A stretch of 35,559 bases of DNA from a virus: the IMG/VR virus record IMGVR_UViG_3300014205_000160, positions 1 to 35,559 of that record; one strand, given 5' to 3'. How positions within the stretch are numbered: position 1 is the first letter of the stretch; the number at the start of each line of letters is the position of its first letter. Below the pieces are notes generated by a model, which was given only the letters and a program-made list of their open reading frames with translations, was not told the DNA's origin and made no database searches. Positions 22,331-31,693 of the stretch are shown in pieces. Made by a program: the position numbers and the translations under genes.

Positions 22331-23739
22331 TGCGAATTCCTGTCTTTGGACTTGGACAGGCGGCGAAATCCCCCTTCGTTACTGCAAAGATGTTGCAGAA
22401 CGTCTATGCAGAGACTCGTCCACAAGGCGAAAAGTCCTCGATGGTGGGATACCAAACGCCAGGGCTAGAGTTGTTCACCAACTTTGGCGCGACGCCTTGT
22501 AGGGGCGGGATGGAGTTTGCGCCGCTGGATGTGTGTTTTGTCGTTCACCGAGGTGTGTTGTGGGAAGTGAATAACGCCGGAGTCCAGACGAACCGAGGAA
22601 CCCTGTTGACGACTACGGGGCGGGTTTCGATGGCCGACAACGGCACGCAGATCATGATTGTAGATGGGACGTATGGATACATCTACAACACGGTGACGAA
22701 CGTTTTTGCGCAGATCACGCATGTGGATTACCCCGCTAACGCGGTGACGGTCACGTTCCTAGCTGGAAGATTCATCATCAACCAGGAAGGCTCTAGCCGG
22801 TTCTGGTGGTCGGACTTGTATGACGGTCTGACTTGGGACGCATTGAACTTTGCAAACGCTGAGACGAACCCTGATCCGATTGTCGCGGTGTGGAGTAGCA
22901 ACGGGCAGTTGATCCTAGAAGGATCGGTGTCTGCCGAGTATTGGGGGCAATCAGGGGTCGCGGATCAACCGTTTGCGTTGATTCAGGGAACGGCTACAGA
23001 GTGGGGGCTTGCTGCTCGGTGGAGTGTTGCGAAATACGATAACTCCATTGCCATGCTGGTGAAGAACCGCATGGGGCAAGTAATGGTTGCTCAACTGTCG
23101 GGGTATCTCCCGAAGAAGATTTCGACCGTTGATATGGATTCAATCATCAACGGGTACACCTCGGTTTCTGATGCTTCAGCTTATAGCTACATGCTGGGCG
23201 GACATCCGATGTACGTGATTAGTTTCCCCTCGGCTGGGTATACCTGGCTTTATGACGGTTCTACGGGGATCTGGACGAGTCTTAAAAGCTTTGGGATCAC
23301 CCGGCACGTTGCGGAGTTTGGTTTCTCCTACATCAACAGCACGGTCGTTGCTGACTACAACAGCGGCCAGCTTTACCGCTTGAAAGCTTCGTCTTTGACC
23401 GATAACGGCGTGTCTATCGAACGGTCTATTACGAGCGAGACGATCACCCTTCCGGGGTTGGAAAGGCTGACGGTAGACAAGTTCCGGGTTGATGTTGAGG
23501 TCGGGGTTGGAACGACTTCAGGGCAAGGGGTTAATCCTCAGATTGGCTTGGAAGTCTCTAGGGACAACGGCAAGACCTGGGGCGCGCAGATGTGGCAGAC
23601 GCTTGGGGCGATTGGTGCTTATGCCTTCCGTGTCGAGTGGAGACGTTTGGGGACTGCGTACAACTTTGTTTTTCGTTTGACGGTGACTGATCCCGTTCCG
23701 TTGGTGCTGGTGAGTGCTTCTGTGAATCCTGACGACTGA
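22330..23739 (+). CDS. P22 gp10-like packaged-DNA stabilisation / tail hub protein
   Basis: 469 aa (P22 gp10 is about 472 aa). Motif FWWSDLYDGLTWDALNFANAETNPDPIVAV...EYWGQSG. Confidence 0.55.
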   Translation: MRIPVFGLGQAAKSPFVTAKMLQNVYAETRPQGEKSSMVGYQTPGLELFTNFGATPCRGGMEFAPLDVCFVVHRGVLWEVNNAGVQTNRGTLLTTTGRVSMADNGTQIMIVDGTYGYIYNTVTNVFAQITHVDYPANAVTVTFLAGRFIINQEGSSRFWWSDLYDGLTWDALNFANAETNPDPIVAVWSSNGQLILEGSVSAEYWGQSGVADQPFALIQGTATEWGLAARWSVAKYDNSIAMLVKNRMGQVMVAQLSGYLPKKISTVDMDSIINGYTSVSDASAYSYMLGGHPMYVISFPSAGYTWLYDGSTGIWTSLKSFGITRHVAEFGFSYINSTVVADYNSGQLYRLKASSLTDNGVSIERSITSETITLPGLERLTVDKFRVDVEVGVGTTSGQGVNPQIGLEVSRDNGKTWGAQMWQTLGAIGAYAFRVEWRRLGTAYNFVFRLTVTDPVPLVLVSASVNPDD

Positions 23740-23984
23740 TGGCGCTGATTAACTCACCTCCTAACAATGCGGTGGACGAGTCAGGGACTCGCGTCGCTCA
23801 AGGATGGGCGGAATTCTTTAGCAATGTGTTCATGCTGCTGGCTGCTTTAACAGGCAGCGGAACGACAGTAAACAGACCTACAAAGTTCCTTTTTCTTGGT
23901 AGGCCGTATTTTGATTCAACACTAGGTTTCCCGGTGTGGTGGAACGGGACGATATGGGTTGACGCTACAGGGACGCCTGCATGA
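23739..23984 (+). CDS. Small virion-module protein (81 aa) with a GTTxNRP...YFDSTLGxPVWWNG motif
   Basis: ORF-track ORF with a TGATG overlap. I know this motif from tail-fibre-associated proteins. Confidence 0.5.
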   Translation: MALINSPPNNAVDESGTRVAQGWAEFFSNVFMLLAALTGSGTTVNRPTKFLFLGRPYFDSTLGFPVWWNGTIWVDATGTPA

Positions 23985-24283
23985 GTGGAGTGCTGGAATT
24001 CATCGAAGAAGTTGCGGGGTTTTACTTCCGGTCGATCCTTTTGCCTGAGTCTGGAATGGCGATTACTCAGCACGTACACGACTACGACCACGCAACGTTA
24101 GTCGGGTCTGGAAAGGCTGCGCTGTATGCGGATGGAGAGCATATCGGGGATTTCTCCGCTGGCGAGGCTTGTGAAGTTAAAGCAAATACGAATCACCTGT
24201 TCGTGTCTTTGGAGCCGAATACAAGGCTGACCTGCATTCACAGCGTTGAAAGCGCGAACAGCATCAAAGAGAAGGGGATCTAG
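23981..24283 (+). CDS. Cupin-like small protein (100 aa)
   Basis: HVHDYDH ... NTNH spacing resembles the two cupin metal motifs. ATGA coupled. Confidence 0.5.
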   Translation: MSGVLEFIEEVAGFYFRSILLPESGMAITQHVHDYDHATLVGSGKAALYADGEHIGDFSAGEACEVKANTNHLFVSLEPNTRLTCIHSVESANSIKEKGI

Positions 24284-24285
24284 CT

Positions 24286-25365
24286 ATGCCGTGGATTGGG
24301 CCAGCACTATCAGTCGCAGGAAGTCTCATCGGGGCGGATTCAAGCGCGGACGCTGCTTCGCAGGCTGCGGGGATTCAAGCCGAATCCGGGCGAGAGGCGA
24401 TTGCCGAACAGCGTAGACAGTACGACCTCACTCGTTCCGATATGGCTCCGTGGCGAGACGCTGGGGCTTCGTCCGTCAGTCGGCTTCGCCAGCTTCTCGG
24501 CTTGGGTAGTGGCCCTGCTAGTCCCGGAGCCTCTGGTGGTTCTGGTGCTTCTCTTGACTCTATTGCGCAAGGTCTGCGGTCGAGCGGGAAGTATGGAACG
24601 GGTAAGACTTGGGTTCCTGGGCAGTTCGAATCCGAGTCTGAGTACATGGGAAAGCTGTACTCCCACGGCACCGGGCCGAACCGAATCATCAATTCCGAGT
24701 CTGGTTACTGGAAAGACGGGAACTATGACGAAGCCGGGTTGATGGCGGAAGCACAGAGGATTTTTGACGCCTCGCAAGCTTCCTCTGCCCCCGCGACCGC
24801 TTCGGGTACGGATGCCTATCAGATGTACGGGGATGCCCCCCTGCTGCGGCGTTTTTCTGGCACTGATCTTCAACTCGACCCGGTGTATCAGTCCGGTTTG
24901 AAGTTCGGACTGGATGAGGGAACGAAGGGCATCAACGCAAGGGCTATGCAGTCTGGTGGTTATGACTCAGGGGCTACTTTAAAAGCCTTGACCAGGTTTG
25001 GGAATGACTACGGAAGCACGAAGGCTAACGAATCTTACAACCGATTCAATTCCGATCAGAACAAGGTTTTCAACATGCTGTCTGGCCTGTCTGGAACGGG
25101 TCAGACCGCAGCGAATACCGTTGCTTCTACCGGGGCGAACACTTCCAACAACACCGCAAACCTGATGACCGGAATTGGTAATGCGCAAGCTGCAGGGGTT
25201 GTCGGTGGTGCGAATGCTTGGGGGAACGCTGCCAGCGGGATTTCTGGCGCGGTGAACAACTACCAGAACAATCAGCTATTGCAAAAGATCCTCGGCGGTT
25301 CGAATGCTGGTTCTTACAGCACGCCGGGATATGGCGGTTATGACTACAGCAATTGGTACGGCTAG
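24286..25365 (+). CDS. Internal virion / ejection protein
   Basis: 359-aa low-complexity Gly/Ser/Ala/Asn-rich protein, first of three large consecutive ORFs before the tail fibre. Confidence 0.55.
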   Translation: MPWIGPALSVAGSLIGADSSADAASQAAGIQAESGREAIAEQRRQYDLTRSDMAPWRDAGASSVSRLRQLLGLGSGPASPGASGGSGASLDSIAQGLRSSGKYGTGKTWVPGQFESESEYMGKLYSHGTGPNRIINSESGYWKDGNYDEAGLMAEAQRIFDASQASSAPATASGTDAYQMYGDAPLLRRFSGTDLQLDPVYQSGLKFGLDEGTKGINARAMQSGGYDSGATLKALTRFGNDYGSTKANESYNRFNSDQNKVFNMLSGLSGTGQTAANTVASTGANTSNNTANLMTGIGNAQAAGVVGGANAWGNAASGISGAVNNYQNNQLLQKILGGSNAGSYSTPGYGGYDYSNWYG

Positions 25366-25373
25366 GAGCAATT

Positions 25374-26681
25374 ATGCCCATTGATCCGAGCATCATCCTC
25401 GGGATTCGTCCGGTACAGGTTCAGCAGCAAGACCCGCTTGAGCAGTACGGAAAATCGCTGACCCTCAAAAACCTGATGGGTCAGGGCGAACTGCAATCCA
25501 TGCAGATGAACAAAGCCAAGCGAGACATGGCCGACGAGGAAATGTACCGAGAGGCTGTGAAGGCTTCTGGCGGTTCTTTGGAGAAGCTGATTCCTGAGCT
25601 GACTGGTCGAGGCTTGGGGCGTCAGGCAATGGACGCGCAGGGCAAGTTGATGACCAACAAAAAGACCGAGGCGGATTACAACAAGACTCGGATTCAGACT
25701 CAGCTAGAGCAGGCGAAGTATCTGCGCGACCGCTTGGCAGGTGTTCGTGACCAAGCGGGTTACGACCAATGGCGACAGGAAGGCGCTGCGATGGGCGCGC
25801 AGGTTGTGAACTCTGCTCCGGAAGTCTTTGACCCTAATTTCCAACAGCAGCAGATCCTGACCGCTGACAAGTTCCTTGAAAGGATGACGCCGAAGTACGA
25901 GCGCGTTGATTTGGGTGGGAAGGTTCAGGTCATTGACGTAAACCCGTTCACGAACCCGTCTATCAAAGGCACGGCTCTGGACAAGACCGCTACGCCTGGC
26001 GACTTGATGACGGACAAGCGGACAAGGGATGAGGGGGCAGCGAATCGCGGCGTAACCATTCGCGGGCAGAACTTGACCGATACGCGGGCGCGAGAAACTG
26101 GCGGGCGCTCTTACGACTCAGAGCGCGGCGTTGTGGTGGATACCAAGACTGGAACTGCCGTTCCTGTAACGATGGGCGGAGCTCCGCTGCCCGGCAAACT
26201 GAGCGAATCGCAACGGAAAGAGCTTTCTTCTATCGACTCGCAAACTTCACAGATTGAAGCCGCTTTGAAATCTGTGGATGCCAACAAAGACGCTTTTAGC
26301 TTTACTCGCGGCATGGCGACTATGGCCGGAGGATTGCCAGAAACGCTTGCGGGTAGGTTGGACACCGATAGCCAGAGGCAGGCGCGATCCTACGTGTTCA
26401 ACGTGGTTTCAAAAGTTATCAACGAGCGTGCTGGCGCTGCGCAGTCCGCTCAAGAATTGGCGCGTCTGCGTTCTTTCCTTCCTGCCGAAGCCGACAACGC
26501 AGAACAGATCAAATCAAAGCTGGAAGCCTTTAAAGGCTATCTGTCCGACTCTCGTGCGGGGTATGACAAGCCGCAAACTGGAGCGCCGAAACCAGCGGCC
26601 CCCAAACAGGAGGAGCGCAAGGTTATTGGGAATAAGGCGTACATCAAACGCAACGGTCAATGGTATGAGGCGAATGAATGA
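25374..26681 (+). CDS. Internal virion / ejection protein
   Basis: Start refined to ATG 25374 (SD AGGAG). 435 aa. Confidence 0.55.
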   Translation: MPIDPSIILGIRPVQVQQQDPLEQYGKSLTLKNLMGQGELQSMQMNKAKRDMADEEMYREAVKASGGSLEKLIPELTGRGLGRQAMDAQGKLMTNKKTEADYNKTRIQTQLEQAKYLRDRLAGVRDQAGYDQWRQEGAAMGAQVVNSAPEVFDPNFQQQQILTADKFLERMTPKYERVDLGGKVQVIDVNPFTNPSIKGTALDKTATPGDLMTDKRTRDEGAANRGVTIRGQNLTDTRARETGGRSYDSERGVVVDTKTGTAVPVTMGGAPLPGKLSESQRKELSSIDSQTSQIEAALKSVDANKDAFSFTRGMATMAGGLPETLAGRLDTDSQRQARSYVFNVVSKVINERAGAAQSAQELARLRSFLPAEADNAEQIKSKLEAFKGYLSDSRAGYDKPQTGAPKPAAPKQEERKVIGNKAYIKRNGQWYEANE

Positions 26682-28318
26682 AGCCTGTTACTGACCCTGC
26701 AACCCTTGCTGAATTGAACGGCGGACTAAAGCCGGTCAAAGATCCCAACATCCTTGCGCAGCTTGAGGGCGGCGAGGTGACGGGTTCGTTCGGTCAGAAC
26801 TTCGCTGCGGGAGCTGGCAAAATCTTTACGGATATGGCGCGGGGTGCCAAGCAGATTCTTGACGTTCCTGCCCAAGCTTTGGAACGAGCCTTTGGCGAGG
26901 TCAAGGTTGGCGGTATGCCGACTGCAAAAGAATCCGCCATGCAGACTCAAGCGGAGATTGTCGATTCCCGGCGTAGGGATGCCCCGCTGATGAAAACCGG
27001 CGGGGGAGTACTTGGCACGGTGGCCGGGTCGCTTCCCGTTGCAATGGTTCCGGGGGCGAATACTTACACCGGAGCGGCTTTGACGGGTGCGGCGTTGGGA
27101 GCGCTACAGCCGACATTAGAAAACGAATCCCGCCTGCTTAATGCCGGGATTGGAGCCGGTGCAGGGGTTGCTGGTAAGTACGTGGGCGGGAAGGTTGCCG
27201 ACGCCGTTACGGGAAAGATGACCGCGACAAAAGCTGCTGCGGCTTCAGAAGCCCTCAAGAACGCGCCTAGAGACGCTACGCTGGCCGCTAGTCGCGAGGC
27301 TGGGTACGTGGTGCCCCCAACCCAAGTAAACCCGTCATCGGCCTGGAATCAGCTTTTGGAGGGGTTCTCAGGAAAGATTAAGACGGGACAGGCGGCGTCG
27401 GTCAAAAACCAATCCGTGACTAACCGGCTTGCTAGGGAGGCGGTCGGGTTGTCGGATGACGCCCCGCTGACTTCTGAGGCATTGAAAGGACTCCGTTCTA
27501 CGGCTGGGACGGCTTATGAGGATATTGCCTCTGCTGGGCAGTTTGCCACGGATAAGACTTTCCGCCAGCAGATCACAAAGCTTTCTGACGCGCAGCGCAC
27601 GCTTGCAAAAGAGATCCCTGAGCTTGCCAATTCCGAGGTTCTGACGCTTGCCAAGTCGCTTGATAAACCCTCTTTTGACGGGCGCACGCTGATCGAGGCG
27701 TCTAAAGCACTCCGAGAGAAAGCGACCGCAGCCTTTCGAGCCGGTGAAGGCGATGCAGGCAAGTTCTATCGTGGAGCGGCGGACAACGTAGAGGATTTGG
27801 TTGAGCGCGGGTTGATGGATGCGGGCCGAGACGGGGCGGGCATGCTTAACGCTTTCCGCGAGGCAAGGAAGCTTATTGCAAAGACGCACACGATTGAGGG
27901 CGCTCTAAATGACGCAACAGGAAATATCAACGCCGCGAAACTAGCCGCGCAGCTAACCAAAGGAAAACCGTTGTCTGGAGGTCTGGAGACTGCTGCAAAG
28001 TTTGCCGGGGCTTTCCCAAAGGCTGCGCAGGAGGTTGAGCGTACCGGGGCTGCTTTGGCTACCAGCCCCCTAGATTGGGCGGCAATGGGAACTCTGAGCG
28101 CGGTGACTTCGAACCCGCTAATGATGGCTGGGGTTGCCGCTCGCCCTGCGGCTAGGTCTTTGATCCTTTCCAAGCCTTACCAAGCTTTGATGACCAATCC
28201 GACAAATGGGCCGGGGGCTGCGTTGCGCGCTTCTCAGGCATTGGCAAACCCCGTATTTCAAAGGCTGCTGCCTTCAGGGGCGGTCGCCGGGAGCCTTGCG
28301 TATAGGGGTGAGAAGTAG
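26678..28318 (+). CDS. Internal virion / ejection protein
   Basis: 546 aa. ATGA coupled. Ala/Gly-rich hydrophobic stretches. Confidence 0.55.
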   Translation: MKPVTDPATLAELNGGLKPVKDPNILAQLEGGEVTGSFGQNFAAGAGKIFTDMARGAKQILDVPAQALERAFGEVKVGGMPTAKESAMQTQAEIVDSRRRDAPLMKTGGGVLGTVAGSLPVAMVPGANTYTGAALTGAALGALQPTLENESRLLNAGIGAGAGVAGKYVGGKVADAVTGKMTATKAAAASEALKNAPRDATLAASREAGYVVPPTQVNPSSAWNQLLEGFSGKIKTGQAASVKNQSVTNRLAREAVGLSDDAPLTSEALKGLRSTAGTAYEDIASAGQFATDKTFRQQITKLSDAQRTLAKEIPELANSEVLTLAKSLDKPSFDGRTLIEASKALREKATAAFRAGEGDAGKFYRGAADNVEDLVERGLMDAGRDGAGMLNAFREARKLIAKTHTIEGALNDATGNINAAKLAAQLTKGKPLSGGLETAAKFAGAFPKAAQEVERTGAALATSPLDWAAMGTLSAVTSNPLMMAGVAARPAARSLILSKPYQALMTNPTNGPGAALRASQALANPVFQRLLPSGAVAGSLAYRGEK

Positions 28319-28438
28319 CCGCTTCAGGCGAGAGTCTGGAAGCTTTTGAATAGCGATACGTGCCGGTAGGCAGATCAGCCCAAACAAGATCAAGGCTGCG
28401 AACGGCTTAATCAGCATCGTCAGAACGACGGTCAGCAT
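28274..28438 (-). CDS. Possible 54-aa membrane peptide encoded antisense in the gap before the tail-fibre gene
   Basis: Hand translation gives MLTVVLTMLIKPFAALILFGLICLPARIAIQKLPDSRLKRLLLTPIRKAPGDRP. There is no SD. TATGCT lies 6 nt upstream of the ATG, so the mRNA may be leaderless. Confidence 0.3.
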   Translation of the reverse strand: MLTVVLTMLIKPFAALILFGLICLPARIAIQKLPDSRLKRLLLTPIRKAPGDRP

Positions 28439-28469
28439 TTAGAAAGCATAGCACAGGAGTTAAACGAAC

Positions 28470-29729
28470 ATGGCCGTAAACCCTTCAGCACTTGGCCCCA
28501 AACCGCAGATTGTTGATTCTGCCGGTGAACCGTATGTCGGCGGGCGGCTGTTCTTCTACGTCGCCGGGTCTGTTGGCACCAAGCAAGACACATACACCGA
28601 TTCAACAGGCGTAACCGCGAACACCAACCCGGTCGTTTTGAACTCGCTTGGCGAGCCATCTACTCAAATCTGGTGGACTTCTGGCCTTGCGTACAAGGTC
28701 GTTCTTGCGCCTCCTGGTGCTGACGATCCGCCTTCCTCTCCTGTTTGGACAATCGACAACCTCAGAGGGATTAACGATACCACGGTTGGCAATTCTCAGT
28801 GGCTTGCCTCCGGTTCGGTTCCTACGTACGTTAGCGCCACACAGTTCACCCTTGCCGGAGATCAAACAAACGATTTTGAAGTCGGCAGAAGGGTTAAATG
28901 TACGGTTACTGCCGGGACTGTGTACGGAACGATTGCGAGTTCTGCTTATGCAGTTTTAACGACTGTAACCATTCAGGTCGATTCTCCTGGGGCATTGGAT
29001 TCTGGATTGTCAGCGGTCGAACTTGGTCTGTTAACAACTACATCTCCAAGCATACCTAGAATTGTCGGCGCGACCGCTGTTGCTCACGCCACGAATACTA
29101 ATCCGTGGCTTTCTGAACAAGTTACGTTGACCGGCTCTGCGGTGACGTTCACCGACATTGCAGACGCCCCCTATGTCGGCGCTGAAGTCTGGATCTATCA
29201 GAACGCGGCGCATACGTGGACGAACGGCGCGACGTTTGTGATTCAAGGCGGGGCTAACTACGTCGCCGCTGCGGGGGACTGGATTAGGCTGTACGCCACC
29301 ACTGTTTCGACCTTCCAGGTCACCATTTTCAAAGTCAGCGGCGTGCCTATTTCCATGACGCCGATTACCGCATCACTCGGCGCAAATGTGGCCTTGAACA
29401 ATACCGGGCTTTACTTTGATGGCCCGAGTGTCGCGCAAGGTACTTCTGGAACGTGGTTTGTCAGCGGCACGGTGACCCTGGTTGACGCCGCAGGGGCAGC
29501 AAACTTCCGCGCCAAACTTTGGGATGGAACCAGCGTCATTTCGAGTTCGTTTGTTCATACAGACGCGGCAAACAATACCCGGACTCTATCCCTGTCCGGC
29601 TACATCTCCTCTCCTGCGGGGAATATTCGTATTTCAATCCAAGATGAAACTAGCACCAGCGGTGTTATCGCGTTCAACATTTCTGGAAACTCAAAGGACA
29701 GCACGATTACGGCTATAAGGATTGCGTGA
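28470..29729 (+). CDS. Tail fibre / receptor-binding protein
   Basis: 419 aa. SD AGGAG. The N-terminal PQIVDSAGEPYVGGRLFFYVAGSVGTKQDTYTDSTG...NPVVLNSLGE is a common tail-fibre anchor domain. Low-GC C-terminal part. Confidence 0.75.
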   Translation: MAVNPSALGPKPQIVDSAGEPYVGGRLFFYVAGSVGTKQDTYTDSTGVTANTNPVVLNSLGEPSTQIWWTSGLAYKVVLAPPGADDPPSSPVWTIDNLRGINDTTVGNSQWLASGSVPTYVSATQFTLAGDQTNDFEVGRRVKCTVTAGTVYGTIASSAYAVLTTVTIQVDSPGALDSGLSAVELGLLTTTSPSIPRIVGATAVAHATNTNPWLSEQVTLTGSAVTFTDIADAPYVGAEVWIYQNAAHTWTNGATFVIQGGANYVAAAGDWIRLYATTVSTFQVTIFKVSGVPISMTPITASLGANVALNNTGLYFDGPSVAQGTSGTWFVSGTVTLVDAAGAANFRAKLWDGTSVISSSFVHTDAANNTRTLSLSGYISSPAGNIRISIQDETSTSGVIAFNISGNSKDSTITAIRIA

Positions 29730-30157
29730 TGATCATTGCCACCAACTCTAGCAATTTGATCGTCCTCGTTTTTGAGGGCGCGAAGGTTGAGCAAGTGCCC
29801 TCTACGTTCAACGGGCAGTCTTTGACGCCTCACGTTCTTACACCTGAGCAGGTTTCGGAATATGAAGCCTTGCCTAAGTCTCGGTCAGGCGTTGAGTTTG
29901 TGGATGGTGCTTTTACAGTTCTTCCTGTCGTTCCTGTTGTTCTGACGCCTCAACAGAAAATCGCTGAGATGGAGCGCATCGGGATTCCAGAACAGAAAAT
30001 AGACGGTGGTTATGTCCGTGGGATTCGGGAGTACATGCTCGGCATGGCTCAAATCGTCGCTGCTCTAGGTGGCCCGGATGTGATGGTTACTCCGGGTATG
30101 CAGAAGGTCAAAAAGCTGGACGACGCAATCAAGGCTCAAAGGGCGCTGATCCAATGA
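29726..30157 (+). CDS. Hypothetical protein (possible tail-fibre accessory/chaperone)
   Basis: 143 aa. GTGA/ATG start overlapping the fibre stop. Low GC like the fibre 3' end. Confidence 0.5.
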   Translation: MMIIATNSSNLIVLVFEGAKVEQVPSTFNGQSLTPHVLTPEQVSEYEALPKSRSGVEFVDGAFTVLPVVPVVLTPQQKIAEMERIGIPEQKIDGGYVRGIREYMLGMAQIVAALGGPDVMVTPGMQKVKKLDDAIKAQRALIQ

Positions 30158-30468
30158 GCCGCGTGCCAGCAATGATCGCTGCGTTGCTGGTTCTCTGGCT
30201 GCCGTTCAGCGTAACGGCGATTCTTGCTGTTGTCCTTGCTCCGCTTGCTTTACTCGTTGACGAGTGGACGTATGGCAAAGACTTGCTCCGGGCGATGGAC
30301 AAGCTGGGAGCGGCTCTTTTGGGATGGGGTGGCCGTTATACGGTCAGCGCGGAGTGCGGATCGAGGAAGTCTGAATGCCGGCTGTGCCGATTCGTATGCC
30401 GCCTGCTCGACATTATCGACCCGGGGCATTGTAAAGGTGCAGCGCAACGCGAATTCGCGGAAGGGTAG
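30154..30468 (+). CDS. Membrane protein with a Cys-rich C-terminal tail
   Basis: 104 aa. Hydrophobic N-terminal segments, then ECGSRKSECRLCRFVCRLLDIIDPGHC. ATGA coupled. Confidence 0.6.
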   Translation: MSRVPAMIAALLVLWLPFSVTAILAVVLAPLALLVDEWTYGKDLLRAMDKLGAALLGWGGRYTVSAECGSRKSECRLCRFVCRLLDIIDPGHCKGAAQREFAEG

Positions 30469-30472
30469 AAAA

Positions 30473-30781
30473 ATGGACGCCTTCATCACGGCACTTGGTC
30501 TCAAGAAGGGGGCCGCGCTCGGCGGGTTTATCGGCGGGCTGATCGCCTTCAAGTTCCTTCGGGATCTCAAGTGGCTGGACCGCATCTTCACTGCCGCTCT
30601 TGGTCTCATCGTCGGAGCCTACAGCGGCCAGGCCGTAGTCGCCCAATTCGGGCTCCGGGATGAGCTTCTTATCCCCGTTTCCATCGCAAGCGCGACGCTC
30701 GGAATCAGCTTCCTGTCGGCTGTGTGGCTGGCAATGCCGGCCATCGTCGAGAGCGTGCGCAGAAAACTGCTCGGGAGCTGA
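30473..30781 (+). CDS. Putative holin (102 aa, multi-TM)
   Basis: ATG 30473, from the tail of track ORF 30224..30781. Gly/Ala-rich TM segments. Lies upstream of the endolysin. Confidence 0.55.
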   Translation: MDAFITALGLKKGAALGGFIGGLIAFKFLRDLKWLDRIFTAALGLIVGAYSGQAVVAQFGLRDELLIPVSIASATLGISFLSAVWLAMPAIVESVRRKLLGS

Positions 30782-30782
30782 A

Positions 30783-31082
30783 ATGCTCGTCTCTCTATCT
30801 GGATTCGTGTTCTATCTCTCCATCTGCATCCTGTTCGTGGTTCCGGTGTTCTTCATCTGGCACGATGTGTATGAGGACGGGATCATCGGTCGCGCGGCGC
30901 TCTGCGGGATCTGCGGATTCGCATTCATGATCGGTCTTCAGATCGTCACCGGGACAGAGTTCAATCCTGTCCCTGAGACCGCCTGGCTGATCTTCAGCTT
31001 TTCCGTGTTCCTCACCTGGCACCTGTTCAGGTTTCACGGGCGGATTCTGCGGCAGCGCAAGGGTGAGGCGGTAGGCGCGTGA
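30783..31082 (+). CDS. Second multi-TM membrane protein (holin/antiholin candidate, 99 aa)
   Basis: ATG 30783. Three hydrophobic segments and a basic C-terminus RILRQRKGE. Its stop overlaps the endolysin GTG start. Confidence 0.55.
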   Translation: MLVSLSGFVFYLSICILFVVPVFFIWHDVYEDGIIGRAALCGICGFAFMIGLQIVTGTEFNPVPETAWLIFSFSVFLTWHLFRFHGRILRQRKGEAVGA

Positions 31083-31693
31083 ATATCACGCAGCTCAAGA
31101 TACTGATGCCTCGCGCTGGCATGGCCTGGCTGATCGCGCTGGCCGAGGAAGCGCCGCGCTGGGGGGTAAACAGCCCGGCCCGCGAAGCCGGTCTGCTCGG
31201 GCAGATCATTGTCGAGTCGAACGGCATGACCGTGTTCGATGAGAGCCTGTACTACACCGATGCGGCGCGGGTGCGTCGCATGTTCTCGCGCTACTTCGAT
31301 CCGCTGGACATTGACGACGCCTGGGGCTACCTGCAGCAGCCGGAGCGCTTTGCCAATCGGGTCTACGCGAACCGCTACGGCAACGGCCCCGAGTCCTCCG
31401 GGGATGGCTGGAAGTTCCGCGGCGGCGGCCCGGGTCAACTGACGTTCCAAGGCAACTACAAGCGAATCGGCGGGCTCATTGGCGCGGACATCGTGACGCA
31501 CCCGGAGCAGGTGCGAACCGTCCCGGCCATCGGCTGCCGGTCGTTTCTCGCCTTCTGGCAGGCCGCAGGTTGTAACGAAGCGGCTGATCGGGAGGACTTC
31601 AAGCTGGTGAGCGAGCGCGTCAACGGCGGGCACAACGGCCTCGAGGAGCGCCTGCAGGCTACCGCCGAGGTTACCCGGGTGCTGTCGGCATGA
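31079..31693 (+). CDS. Endolysin, glycoside hydrolase family 19 (chitinase-like)
   Basis: 204 aa. LGQIIVESNG...ANRVYANRYGNGPESSGDGWKFRGGGPGQLTFQGNY matches the GH19 phage lysin signature. Confidence 0.85.
   Translation: MNITQLKILMPRAGMAWLIALAEEAPRWGVNSPAREAGLLGQIIVESNGMTVFDESLYYTDAARVRRMFSRYFDPLDIDDAWGYLQQPERFANRVYANRYGNGPESSGDGWKFRGGGPGQLTFQGNYKRIGGLIGADIVTHPEQVRTVPAIGCRSFLAFWQAAGCNEAADREDFKLVSERVNGGHNGLEERLQATAEVTRVLSA

Noticed and set aside
28470-30157. A diversity-generating retroelement targeting the tail fibre, as in BPP-1-type podoviruses.
   Set aside because: No reverse transcriptase or Avd-like ORF occurs anywhere in the genome. I saw no template/variable repeat pair around the fibre 3' end.
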